DNA of 64,000 nucleotides from contig CBDFMQ010000002.1 in NCBI GenBank assembly GCA_965249725.1, forward strand, positions 576,001 to 640,000, given 5' to 3'. Below, piece after piece: positions 11,183-20,856 of this stretch. A program made the position numbers and the translations under genes. This stretch comes from Longimicrobiales bacterium. Lineage in GTDB: Bacteria > Gemmatimonadota > Gemmatimonadetes > Longimicrobiales > Gaopeijiaceae. The notes under the pieces are model-generated. The model made no database searches, had not been told where the DNA came from, and saw only the letters and a list, made by a program, of their open reading frames with translations. Numbering within the stretch: the first letter of the stretch is position 1; the number at the start of each line of letters is the position of its first letter.

Positions 11183-12309
11183 GGCTGAACTGGAAGACCA
11201 TCGTCGGTGTCGGAATCAGTGCCTTCTTCATTTGGTGGGTGCTCCGCGGGGAGGATCTGGGGCAGATTCTCGAGCAGTTATCCCAAGCCAACATCTGGTA
11301 TTTTCTGGCCTCGATTCTGGTCGGTACAGCGGGCTACTTCATCCGCGCCCTACGCTGGAATATGCTGCTCCAGCCGGTCTGCCCCGACTCGAAGCTGCGA
11401 TCCCGATTTGCCGCCATCTGCATCGGTTTCGCAGTCAACAACGTCTTCCCGGCCCGGCTGGGCGAGCTTGCTCGACCGTTCGCGCTGAGTCGCTCCGAGA
11501 AGGTCACCGTGTCCGGGGCCTTTGGCAGTCTGGTCGTCGAACGCTTCCTGGACTCTCTGGTCTTGGTCACGCTGTTTCTGGTACCGATGGCGCTGCCGTC
11601 GTTTCCCGGCACGGACGACTTTCTGGCGGGCGCGGGCGGGACGATTCTCAAAGCCACCTTCGTGATGCTGGCGGTCTTCTTGGTCGGCCTGGTCGCACTC
11701 CTGATCTTCCCCGAGCCGCTCATACGTCTTGCGGAGAGAATCTGTGGACGTCTGCCCCACCCTCTGGGGGACAGGCTCGTGGGTGCGCTCGAGTCCTTTC
11801 TGCACGCCTTGAAGGTGCTGAGGCAGCCGAGGCTGCTTTCGGAGGCCATCCTGTGGAGCTACGGCTTCTGGATCTGGCACGGCTGGTCGTTCTGGCTCGG
11901 CATGAAGGCGTTCGGCATCGATCTTGGCTTCGACGCTGCGCTCTTCACGGCGGCCGTCGTGGGATTTGCCGTAGCGATACCTGCGTCTCCCGGGTTCTTC
12001 GGGACCTTCCAACTGGGGGCGGACCTCGCGCTGAACGGGGTCTATGGGGCGGCGGCCCCGGCTACCCTGGCGTTCGCCTTCGGCTACCATCTCGGCGGCT
12101 TCTTCCCGGTCACGATCATCGGCTTCTACTATGCGTGGCGCATGGGATTTTCGGTGGCGGAGATGCGAGGGAGCGAGGCCACGGTCCAGCGTGCGATGGA
12201 GTCCGAGGTGCCGTCAGCGCACGACGGCATTACCGATGACGATGGCGGACATGCCGACCGCGACACCGATCCCTCCGATGACGCACCCGGGACCTCGGAC
12301 CGTGGCTGA
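11179..12309 (+). CDS. Lysylphosphatidylglycerol synthase TM-domain / UPF0104 flippase-like membrane protein
   Basis: [28 protein letters not shown]; multiple TM helices. Confidence 0.85.
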   Translation: MRLNWKTIVGVGISAFFIWWVLRGEDLGQILEQLSQANIWYFLASILVGTAGYFIRALRWNMLLQPVCPDSKLRSRFAAICIGFAVNNVFPARLGELARPFALSRSEKVTVSGAFGSLVVERFLDSLVLVTLFLVPMALPSFPGTDDFLAGAGGTILKATFVMLAVFLVGLVALLIFPEPLIRLAERICGRLPHPLGDRLVGALESFLHALKVLRQPRLLSEAILWSYGFWIWHGWSFWLGMKAFGIDLGFDAALFTAAVVGFAVAIPASPGFFGTFQLGADLALNGVYGAAAPATLAFAFGYHLGGFFPVTIIGFYYAWRMGFSVAEMRGSEATVQRAMESEVPSAHDGITDDDGGHADRDTDPSDDAPGTSDRG

Positions 12310-13189
12310 GTTGGACGCAGTGCAAGTGATGGCCCCGGCCAAGATCAATCTCTTCCTGCGAGTTCTGGCGCGGGAAGTCTCGGGGTATCATCAAATCGAG
12401 ACTCTCTTCGCCGCCATCGACTTCTGCGATGACCTGCGTGTTGAACGGGCCGAAGAGGGGATCTCACTCGAGGTGGTCGGCGCCGATGTCGGACCCGAAA
12501 AGCTGAACCTGGCCTATCGGGCAGCCGTCAGCTTCCTCGAGGCCGCCTCGTTGAGCGCCGGTGTCCGGATGCGATTGACCAAGAACGTCCCGGCCGAAGC
12601 GGGCCTCGGTGGTGGTTCTTCGGATGCGGGGGCCACGTTGCGGGCGCTGAACATGCTCTTCGGCAATCCCGTCTCAAAGCTCGCGCTGTTGCGGTGTGCG
12701 GCGGATCTCGGGTCGGATGTTCCTTTCTTCGCTTCCGGCGCCGGCAGGGCGTTGGCATGGGGTCGAGGGGAACAGCTCCTGCCCCTCCCAGCCGACCGCG
12801 AGGTGGCGGTGTTGCTCGCTCTCCCGTCGGTGAAGGTGTCCACCGCCGCCGCCTACGAGGAACTCGGTCCGGATGTGCGCGCCGCACCGTCGGCACACGA
12901 TCTCGCCGCGCTCGAACGGTCCGAGAGGCTCGCCGAGGTCTGCATGAACGACTTCGAACCCTCGGTCTTCTCTCGTCACCCGCAGCTCGGAGAGCTTAGG
13001 AAAGCGATCGACGGTACAGGGGCCCTGACGACACGGCTGTCGGGAAGCGGTGCGGCCCTCTTCGCACTCTTCGACGACCAGGCGTCTGCGGAATCGGGGA
13101 AGGAGTCTTTGTCGTCTTCCTGGTCCGATGTCAGATTCGTCGTCACACGGACCTTGGCGGCTCAACCGACCCCGACGACCACGGCCTAG
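12302..13189 (+). CDS. ispE: 4-diphosphocytidyl-2C-methyl-D-erythritol kinase
   Basis: APAKINLFL, GLGGGSSDA, LGSDVPFF, NDFE, LSGSG. Confidence 0.96.
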   Translation: MAELDAVQVMAPAKINLFLRVLAREVSGYHQIETLFAAIDFCDDLRVERAEEGISLEVVGADVGPEKLNLAYRAAVSFLEAASLSAGVRMRLTKNVPAEAGLGGGSSDAGATLRALNMLFGNPVSKLALLRCAADLGSDVPFFASGAGRALAWGRGEQLLPLPADREVAVLLALPSVKVSTAAAYEELGPDVRAAPSAHDLAALERSERLAEVCMNDFEPSVFSRHPQLGELRKAIDGTGALTTRLSGSGAALFALFDDQASAESGKESLSSSWSDVRFVVTRTLAAQPTPTTTA

Positions 13190-13205
13190 GTGCTCGTGGC
13201 ACGGG

Positions 13206-13234
13206 TTGAACCCAGTGATGCCCTCGGGTAGGAT
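13206..13234 (+). promoter_or_regulatory. Putative sigma70 promoter for tRNA-Gln
   Basis: TTGAAC-N17-TAGGAT. Confidence 0.45.
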
Positions 13235-13282
13235 TGTGCACCGGCCATACGACCCTCTTGTCGAGCCGGATGAGTAGGTATG

Positions 13283-13353
13283 TGGCCCGTCGTCTAATGG
13301 CAGGACACCGGTCTTTGGCACCGGCGGTGATGGTTCGAATCCATCCGGGCCAA
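13283..13353 (+). tRNA. tRNA-Gln (anticodon TTG); CCA not encoded
   Basis: Acceptor stem TGGCCCG/CGGGCCA, anticodon arm CCGGT-CTTTGGC-ACCGG, T-arm GGTTCGAATCC. Lies after ispE as is common. Confidence 0.97.
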
Positions 13354-13361
13354 CTTGCGGC

Positions 13362-13399
13362 ACCCCTGTGATCGTGGGCCGTCACAGGGGTTTCTTCTT
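13362..13399 (+). terminator. Intrinsic terminator after tRNA-Gln
   Basis: ACCCCTGTGA-N10-TCACAGGGGT followed by TTCTTCTT. Confidence 0.75.
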
Positions 13400-13470
13400 G
13401 CCCGGCCAACGAGCCTGGGCAACCTTTGCTTCGAATCTTCGGAAGGACTCGATCCGTCACCGGTGCACAC

Positions 13471-15939
13471 ATGCTAGTGGACTTTGACCGTCTGCAAGAA
13501 GCTCTCGCGGGGCGCTACACGCTCGAGCGGGAGTTGGGTCAGGGTGGGATGGCCGTGGTGTATCTGGCTGTGGACCCGAAGCACAACCGTCAGGTCGCGC
13601 TCAAAGTGCTGCTTCCTGAGCTGGCGGCGACGGTTGGACCGAAACGGTTCTTGCGTGAGATCGAGATCGCCGCTGGGTTGAACCATCCTCACGTCCTTCC
13701 TCTCCATGACTCCGGAGAGGCGGACGGATTCCTCTACTACGTGATGCCCTACGTGGAGGGGGAGTCGCTCGGAGACCGCCTCGTCCGTGACGGCCCGTTG
13801 CCGCTGGATGAGGCCCTGCGCTATGCTCGCGACGTTGCGGAGGGACTCGATTATGCGCACAGCCGCGGCGTCGTACATCGAGACATCAAGCCGGCCAACA
13901 TTCTGCTTTCTGAGGGCCATGCCCTCATCGCGGATTTCGGGGTGGCAAGGGCCCTCAGTGATGCCAACGAGGACCGGATGACATCGACGGGGCTCACGGT
14001 GGGGTCGATCGCATACATGAGCCCCGAGCAGGCGGCGGGCGAACGGGACTTCGACGGTAGGAGCGATCTCTACTCTCTGGGATGTGTTCTTTATGAGATG
14101 CTCTGCGGCGAGCAGCCGTTCACGGGGGAAACATCCAGAGCGGTACTGCTGAGCCACCTGAACAAGTCGCCCGATTCGCTCGCGAGTAGGGGCGTCAACG
14201 TGCCCGCCCCGGTCGAAGACGCACTTCTGGGGCTCATGGCGAAGGACCCGCAAGATCGTTGGTCGGCAGGGAACGTGTTCGTCGATGCGCTTGCCGGCGG
14301 TCTAGTGGGCGGGGCCCCCGGATCTGGACTTAGCGGGTCGGGGCTCGGCTCCAGGCTGGCTGGATGGAACCGTCCACTCTCGTTCGGCGTTGCGGCAGCC
14401 GTCGTAGCGCTGCTCGCGATGTCGCTTCGCTCCTAGGCGCCCTGGACCCAACGTGGACCCGCTCTCGATCCCACGAGAATTGCCGTTCTCTACTTCGACG
14501 ATCTCAGCCTAGAGCAGGACCTGGCCTATCTGGCGGACGGGCTCACGGAGTCACTCATCAATGCGCTAGGGCAGATTCAGCCGCTCCAGGTGGTGTCCCG
14601 AAACGGCGTGAAGCCCTACCGAGACAACCCCATCCCCATCGACAGCCTCGCGCGGATTCTTGCAGTGGGGAGCCTGGTCGAGGGGAGTGTCGAACGCTCA
14701 GAGGGCCAACTGATCGCCACGGTCCAACTGGTCGATGGTACGACGCAAACGCAGTCGTTCAGTGAGAGGATCGTGCGGGGTGGGAACGACATCTTGGCGC
14801 TTCGTGACGACATCGTAAAAGAGGCGACACGTCTATTGGGACAACAGCTCGGCCGGGAGCTTCAACTCAGGGAGGTCCGTGAGGGCACCGCCAGCAGTGA
14901 GGCCTGGCAGGCTTTTCGGCGGGCGACACGACTGTTGGAGGATGCGGACACGCTGAGGTGGGGGTTGGGCGACAACGAGTCGGCCAGTCGTGTGTTGGGT
15001 CAGGCCGACTCGATCCTGGCGCTCGCCGAGTCGCTCGACTCCGATTGGATGGAGCCGGTGGTCGAGAGAGGGTGGGTGGCCTGGACGTTGGCGAGTTTTA
15101 CCGGGTCTCGAGCCCGTCGGGACGAGGCGACGATACGCCGCGGGATCTCGCATGCCGATCGGGTGCTCGACAGGAATCCGGATGACGCCACGGCCGTCGA
15201 ACTCCGTGGTGTCCTCAGGAACGAACTGAGTTGGCTGAACTCGATCGCGGCCGACTCGACGGCGGTAAGGGCGCTGCGCCAGGGAGCCGAGGCGGATCTC
15301 AGGGCGGCTGTCGCCGCGGATCCCTCGAGGGCCCGGGCCTGGGTAGCGCTCGCCGACCTGTTGCGCGTTGGCGGAGACTTCGGCGAGGCATCGCTCGTGG
15401 CTCAGCGGGCCGTGGATGCGGACCCGTTCCTGATCAATGCCGAGAAGGAGATCCTGGTCACTCTGGGCCAGGTGTGGCTCGACCTCGGGGACCTGGATCG
15501 TGCCGAATCTTGGACCGAAGCCGGCCGGCGCCGGTACCCGGCGGAACTGGCATTTCCCGCGACTGCGTTGGTCATCTTGTCCGGGTGGGACGGAGCTGAA
15601 CCCGACGTCGAGATGGCGTGGGACCTGTCGGCGACGCTTCGTGGGTGGCTCAACGGAGAACTGCTGGTCGCCGGAGTGCTGGCTCGGGCTGGTCTGGCGG
15701 ATAGCGCAAGGGCCGTCGTCGACCGCGTCCGTCCGCAAGTCGGCGACGACCCTTGGGCCCGCTATTATGAGGCCAACACCCGGATCCAGCTCGGGGAACC
15801 GGCGCGCGCGGTCGTCCTCCTCGACGAGTTCCTCGAGCTAATGCCTGACCGGAAGGCCTACATCGCGAACGACTGGTGGTGGAAGGCCTTGGCCGAAAAC
15901 GAGGATTTCAGAGCTCTCATTGCGACCGAGTCGCAGTGA
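13471..15939 (+). pseudogene. Hanks-type Ser/Thr kinase - TM - TolB-N/adenylate-cyclase-sensor-like - TPR protein, interrupted by one in-frame TAG (14434-14436)
   Basis: Kinase motifs GQGGMAVVY, VALK, HRDIKPAN, DFG. The same frame continues after TAG as APWTQRGPALDPTRIAVLYFDDLS...LADGLTESLINAL and joins ORF 14590..15939 (TPR-like helices). Confidence 0.8.
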
Positions 15940-15948
15940 CTCCGCCAG

Positions 15949-16401
15949 CTACGGCTGGCTGTGATCCTGACCGCCTGAACCGATCTCTACTTCAGGGTCG
16001 AGGAACAGCGGTCGGCCTGGTCCCCGCCAGACCCGAATGTCGTACTTGTAGCGCACGCCGACCTCTGCGTCGCCGGCCACGACCGCACGGGCCCGGTGGT
16101 TCGCGTTTTGGTTGGGCCCCCTGTTGCTGTCGAGCCCTCGCTGTGATGCGCCGGCGCCGAACGGCCGTCCGGACTGGAATCGCACCTGGAACCGCTCGAT
16201 GCCCGACCCTGCCGCCAGTTGCCATTCGATGGGCTGTCCACGATTCACCACGATCACATCGGGACTCGCCGTGACGTTGTCACCGGAAACCCCGATGACC
16301 ACGACGGCGGCTTCCTGGATCAGGGGCTCGAGAGTCTCCACGGGCTGTGCGGCGACAAGACAGATCGCTAGCAGGGCGGGAACGCCGAACGTGACTTTCA
16401 T
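15949..16401 (-). CDS. Small secreted beta-rich protein (cupredoxin/Ig-like fold candidate)
   Basis: Strong SD AGGAGGT, signal peptide MKVTFGVPALLAICLVAA, alternating beta-strand pattern, C-terminal YKYDIRV...LDPEVEI. Confidence 0.75.
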   Translation of the reverse strand: MKVTFGVPALLAICLVAAQPVETLEPLIQEAAVVVIGVSGDNVTASPDVIVVNRGQPIEWQLAAGSGIERFQVRFQSGRPFGAGASQRGLDSNRGPNQNANHRARAVVAGDAEVGVRYKYDIRVWRGPGRPLFLDPEVEIGSGGQDHSQP

Positions 16402-16498
16402 TTACCACCTCCTGAAGGGGACATCGACCGGTTTGGTCGCGATGATCCGTGCACTTAGGTATGAAGAGTGGGCCCATCGAGCAATGCTTTCCTGGATC

Positions 16499-18388
16499 AT
16501 GAACCGGAATTTCCTCGGAATCACGCTGGCCTTGGCCGTTGGCATGACGCTTGGCCCGGGACGGATGGAGATCTCCGGGAGCACAGTGCCGGGGGTCCCC
16601 ATGTCCTGGGCCCAACGGGAACCCATTCGATCTCAAGCCCCCGATTCCTCAGATGTACTCGGCAGCGCCCGAAGCGCTCAGGCTCGATTCGAACGTCAGC
16701 GCCGGCGCTTGCTCCCCCTGGCCCTGGCCGCTAGCGGCGGGCCCTGCGAGGAACGGGTCGGGCGCTTCTGCATGTGGCACTCCGGAGAGGACGATTGGGC
16801 ACCCGTCCCCGACCCGCCGGAGTTGATGGCCTTGCGGAAGAGCCTACTCGACGAGTTAGCCGAGCTCACCGGCGAAATCCCGAGTGACGGGTGGATCCTC
16901 GGCCAAAGGATTTTCTATCTGGCTGAAGCGGGCCGGTGGTCGGAGGCTCAGGAATTGGCCGGGGCCTGCGAGGTCCAGGCCGGATGGTGGTGCGATGTGC
17001 TCCTGGGATTCGCCCAACATGGTGGGGGCGACTACCCAGGGGCTCTGGTCGCCTTCGAGCGGGGACTCTCCACGATGGATCCGGAACGGATCCAGGATTG
17101 GCGCAACCCGGAGTTTCTTCTGGACGGTCGGGCCCGCGACCTCTTGAACGAAGCCGACGACGAGGAGTGGGAGTCTCTTACTGCTTGGTTCTGGATGCTC
17201 GCGGACCCGCTGTACCTCATGGCCGGGAATGACCGGGAGACGGAGCACTATGCCCGCTGGACCTTCTCCGAGATGAGTGACCGAGCTCGCAACCCGCACG
17301 CGATGGCATGGGGACCCGATCTGGAGGAACTGACGGTACGGTATGGTTGGGAGAGGGGTTGGGAGAAGCGACCTCCCGCCGTCGGGTTGGGCCGTCGCGA
17401 TGGTGGCGCGATCGGGCACGTGCTTCCCGAGTCACGAGAGTTCGTGGCGCCCGGATTCGTGCTCGAGCGACCGTGGGAGACTGAGCCCGGCGAATGGGCG
17501 GCGGACGAGCACCCCCGGAGTTCTCACGTGGCGGCGTACGCGCCGGACCTGGTGGCGGGTGTCGGGCAGGTGGCGGTCCTCCACAGGGGGGACAGCGTGC
17601 TCGTCGCTGCCGCCACGCGGTTGCCCGAGCCCGCCGATTCCTCGACTGCAGGGTCGTTTCCGGGCGCGACCCGACCCGACCCGCCGGACGGCCCGTTCCC
17701 GTGGGCTCAGCCGGCGTTGCTCGACGAACCCGATCGCGTCGGGCTATTCCTGATCGATCGAGAGAGGACGGTCAGCGGGGTCCGCAGTGTGGGAGCAAGT
17801 GCGGATGTGCTGACACTGTCGGTGCCCGCCGGCGACTACCTCATGAGCCTCGAGGCCTGGTCGCCCTCCGACGGGCGTGGCTGGCGCATCCGTCACGGTA
17901 TCGTCACCGACACGATTGCGGAGGACCTGGCCACGCTGTCGGATCTGATCGTTCTCGATGCCACCGATCCACCCTGGCAGCGGCTCGACGCGGCGTTGCC
18001 GTACATGCGACCCTCGCTGGAATTGATCCCGGGCCAGCGGATCTCTGTGGGGTGGGAGATCTTTGGATTAGGGTGGCGCCCGGAGGTGATCGATTTCGAG
18101 TTGAGCCTCTCCGGCAGAGGGGAGGGGTTCTTTGGGAAGGTGGGGCGGTGGTTGGGGTTCGGCGCAGCCGACGAGCCCCTTCGGGTCGGTTGGAGGGAAC
18201 CCGGTCCCGGGGAGACGGGGCCTTGGTTCCGTTCCGTAAATATGGACATTCCCGAGCTCGAGGCAGGGGAGTATCTGCTCCGTTTGGAGCTATCGGTACC
18301 GGGTCGGGAACCGCTGGTCGGGACGCGGACCGTCGAGATCCTCGGAGCAGTCACGAAAGTCGCTCAACCACAAGACGTTCGGCGTTGA
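16499..18388 (+). CDS. Secreted hypothetical protein with TPR-like and GWxTD-domain-like region
   Basis: Signal-like N-terminus MNRNFLGITLALAVG. FWMLADPLYL..NDRETEHYAR and ELTVRYGW resemble GWxTD-domain motifs. Cys pairs present. Confidence 0.7.
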   Translation: MNRNFLGITLALAVGMTLGPGRMEISGSTVPGVPMSWAQREPIRSQAPDSSDVLGSARSAQARFERQRRRLLPLALAASGGPCEERVGRFCMWHSGEDDWAPVPDPPELMALRKSLLDELAELTGEIPSDGWILGQRIFYLAEAGRWSEAQELAGACEVQAGWWCDVLLGFAQHGGGDYPGALVAFERGLSTMDPERIQDWRNPEFLLDGRARDLLNEADDEEWESLTAWFWMLADPLYLMAGNDRETEHYARWTFSEMSDRARNPHAMAWGPDLEELTVRYGWERGWEKRPPAVGLGRRDGGAIGHVLPESREFVAPGFVLERPWETEPGEWAADEHPRSSHVAAYAPDLVAGVGQVAVLHRGDSVLVAAATRLPEPADSSTAGSFPGATRPDPPDGPFPWAQPALLDEPDRVGLFLIDRERTVSGVRSVGASADVLTLSVPAGDYLMSLEAWSPSDGRGWRIRHGIVTDTIAEDLATLSDLIVLDATDPPWQRLDAALPYMRPSLELIPGQRISVGWEIFGLGWRPEVIDFELSLSGRGEGFFGKVGRWLGFGAADEPLRVGWREPGPGETGPWFRSVNMDIPELEAGEYLLRLELSVPGREPLVGTRTVEILGAVTKVAQPQDVRR

Positions 18389-18413
18389 CGACCCTTCCAG
18401 GAAGATCTAACTT
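18385..18413 (+). promoter_or_regulatory. Putative sigma70 promoter of prs-rplY-pth
   Basis: TTGACG-N17-TAACTT; identical hexamers to the SRP RNA promoter at 36412-36440. Confidence 0.65.
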
Positions 18414-18455
18414 TTCAGGCTGTTGCCACCTGGTGCTACACTCGGTCTGAGGTCC

Positions 18456-19421
18456 ATGGACGACACATTTCGCAGAGGACCGCTCCTCGTGCTTTCGGGC
18501 AGGGCAAACCGCCCTCTTGGAGCCGAGATCGGAGACATCCTCGGGGAAGATCCCGAATCTGCCACCATTCGCGATTTTGCGGATGGTGAAATCTTCGTCC
18601 GTATAGATAAGAATGCTCGTGGGCGGGACGTCTTCATCATCCAGCCGACCGTCGCGCCTGCCGACAGCATCATGGAGCTGCTCTTGCTGATCGACGCCGC
18701 GACGCGAGCCTCGGCGGCCCGGGTGACAGCGGTGGTTCCGTATTTCGGGTACGGACGTCAGGACCGTAAAGACCAACCTCGTGTGGCGATCGGCGCCAAG
18801 TTGGTGGCCAATCTCATGGTCGCTGCGGGGGCGGACCGCCTGATCGGTATGGACTTCCATCAGCACCAGATCCAGGGCTTCTTCGACATTCCTGTGGACC
18901 ACCTTTACGCTGCGCCCGTTCTGACTCAGTACTTCCTGGACAAGGACCTGCCGGATCTGGTCGTGGTGGCGCCTGATGTCGGTTCAGCCAAGATGGCCAG
19001 AGGCTTCGCCAAACGACTGGGCGGCACCTTCGCCATCATCGACAAGCGGCGACCGGCGGCCAATGAGGCCGAGGTGCTCAACGTGGTCGGTGAGGTCGAG
19101 GGTAGAACCTGCTTGTTGGTCGACGACATGGTCGATACAGGCGGCACACTGGCCAACGCTGTGCAGGCACTCGTTGATCGAGGAGCCCGACAGGTGTATG
19201 CGGGTGCCACGCATGCCCTGCTTTCTGGCAGTGCGGTAGAAAAGCTCGCGGCGGCACCCCTCGAAGAATTCGTTGTGACCAACACCATCCATGTGCCGGA
19301 GGAGCGTCGCTTCGACGGGCTGAAGATACTCTCTGTGGCTAACCTCTTCGCGAGGGCCATCGAGTGCGTTCACGAGAACGAATCCGTGACCCAACTGTTC
19401 GAGTTGGCCAGCGAGACTTAG
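18456..19421 (+). CDS. prs: Ribose-phosphate pyrophosphokinase
   Basis: FADGE, PYFGYGRQDRK, VVAPDVG, VDDMVDTGGT. Confidence 0.98.
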   Translation: MDDTFRRGPLLVLSGRANRPLGAEIGDILGEDPESATIRDFADGEIFVRIDKNARGRDVFIIQPTVAPADSIMELLLLIDAATRASAARVTAVVPYFGYGRQDRKDQPRVAIGAKLVANLMVAAGADRLIGMDFHQHQIQGFFDIPVDHLYAAPVLTQYFLDKDLPDLVVVAPDVGSAKMARGFAKRLGGTFAIIDKRRPAANEAEVLNVVGEVEGRTCLLVDDMVDTGGTLANAVQALVDRGARQVYAGATHALLSGSAVEKLAAAPLEEFVVTNTIHVPEERRFDGLKILSVANLFARAIECVHENESVTQLFELASET

Positions 19422-19473
19422 CCGAGATCAGTAGTGATCTCCGGCGGAACTACAACAAAGTGGAAGCAAGAAG

Positions 19474-20178
19474 ATGAGTGTTAAAACGGGACTTACGGCG
19501 AAGCGACGCAGTGTGACCGGCAAAGGTGCGGCTCGGAAGATCCGTGCACTGGGTCAGGTACCGGCCGTGATCTACGGCAAGGACCAGGAGCCTATTTCAC
19601 TGACTCTCGATGCCCGAGAAGCCAGCCAGCTCTTCCACTCCATCTCAGTGGATAACACCATCGTCAACGTTCAGGTCGACGACGATGCCGAGGAGTTGGA
19701 AACGCTCGTGCGTGAGATCCAAATGCATCCGTTCCGGCCGGACATCGTGCACGTCGATTTCTACTGCATCCAGAGGGGTGTGGCCATGGAAATCGACGTT
19801 CCGGTCAACTACTCGGGGACTCCCGAGGGTGCGAAGCAAGGTGGTGTTCTGGAAGTGATCCTGCACGAGCTTCGGGTGAAGTGCATTCCGTCCAAGTTCC
19901 CCGAGAGCTTTGAGGTCGACGTCTCCGGGCTGGACGTGGGCGACTCGATCCACGCCAGGGAGATCGAGGTCGACGAAGATGTCGAGCTCTTGACCGACCC
20001 CGTCCGGACACTATGCCTCGTCGCCATTCCGAAGGAAGAGGTTGTCGAGGAAGAGGAAGAGGATCTGGAGTTGGCCGAGGGCGAAGTGGCAGAAGGGGAA
20101 GAGGGAGAAGAGGGAGAAGAGGGTGCCCCCGCTGCCGAGGGCGATGCCCCGGATGGAGACGAGGACTCCGACGGCTGA
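19474..20178 (+). CDS. rplY: 50S ribosomal protein L25 / CTC
   Basis: GKGAARKIR, VPAVIYG, HVDFY, CTC C-domain and acidic tail. Confidence 0.96.
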   Translation: MSVKTGLTAKRRSVTGKGAARKIRALGQVPAVIYGKDQEPISLTLDAREASQLFHSISVDNTIVNVQVDDDAEELETLVREIQMHPFRPDIVHVDFYCIQRGVAMEIDVPVNYSGTPEGAKQGGVLEVILHELRVKCIPSKFPESFEVDVSGLDVGDSIHAREIEVDEDVELLTDPVRTLCLVAIPKEEVVEEEEEDLELAEGEVAEGEEGEEGEEGAPAAEGDAPDGDEDSDG

Positions 20179-20201
20179 TCTCGCTCCTCGGATCTCGGGT
20201 C

Positions 20202-20765
20202 GTGAAAGTGATCGTGGGGCTCGGGAACCCCGGGGCCGAATACGACGACACCCGTCACAATGTGGGCTGGTGGGTCGTGGACCGGCTGGCCTACGACTGG
20301 GGATTCGAGTCCTTCGAGAAGCAAGGCCGAAGTCTGCAGGTAGACGGAGTGGTGGGTGATATCGAGACCCGCTTGATGAAGCCTACCACGTATATGAACA
20401 AGAGCGGCGCCGCTCTGATCTCTCTCGCCACGATTCCCGATTTCGACGTGACAGAGGACCTGCTGGTGGTCTCGGACGACGCCGCACTGGATGTGGGTCG
20501 GGTCCGCTTGCGGCCTCGCGGAGGTTCGGGCGGGCACAACGGCCTGAAGTCGATCACGGGTGCCTTGGGCACCGAGGAATACGGACGGCTCCGCGTCGGA
20601 GTCGGGCAGGCCCCGGGGAATATGGACCTCTCCGACTGGGTGCTGTCCCCGATGGACGGAGATGATGAGGATGTGGTCGTGACTCTTCTTCCGGGGCTCA
20701 CAAAGGCCGTCGAGGCCTGGATGAGCGTGGGTATGGAAGAGGCAATGAACGAGTTCAACCAATGA
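20202..20765 (+). CDS. pth: Peptidyl-tRNA hydrolase
   Basis: GLGNPG, TRHNVG, KPTTYMN, GGHNGL, RLRVGVG. Confidence 0.97.
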   Translation: MKVIVGLGNPGAEYDDTRHNVGWWVVDRLAYDWGFESFEKQGRSLQVDGVVGDIETRLMKPTTYMNKSGAALISLATIPDFDVTEDLLVVSDDAALDVGRVRLRPRGGSGGHNGLKSITGALGTEEYGRLRVGVGQAPGNMDLSDWVLSPMDGDDEDVVVTLLPGLTKAVEAWMSVGMEEAMNEFNQ

Positions 20766-20818
20766 AGCACCAACAATGAAGCACCAACAGTGAAGCACCA
20801 ACAGTGAAGCACGAACCG
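20763..20818 (+). repeat. Tandem 14-bp repeat TGAAGCACCAACA(A/G), ~4 copies
   Basis: Units at 20763, 20777, 20791 and a degenerate unit at 20805. The first unit begins with the pth stop codon. Confidence 0.9.
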
Positions 20819-20856
20819 ATGCTGTCGAAGACAATGTCCACCGCACGAGGAACCTG

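Noticed and set aside
13283..18455. Integrative element or prophage at tRNA-Gln
   Set aside because: No integrase, att duplication or phage genes seen.
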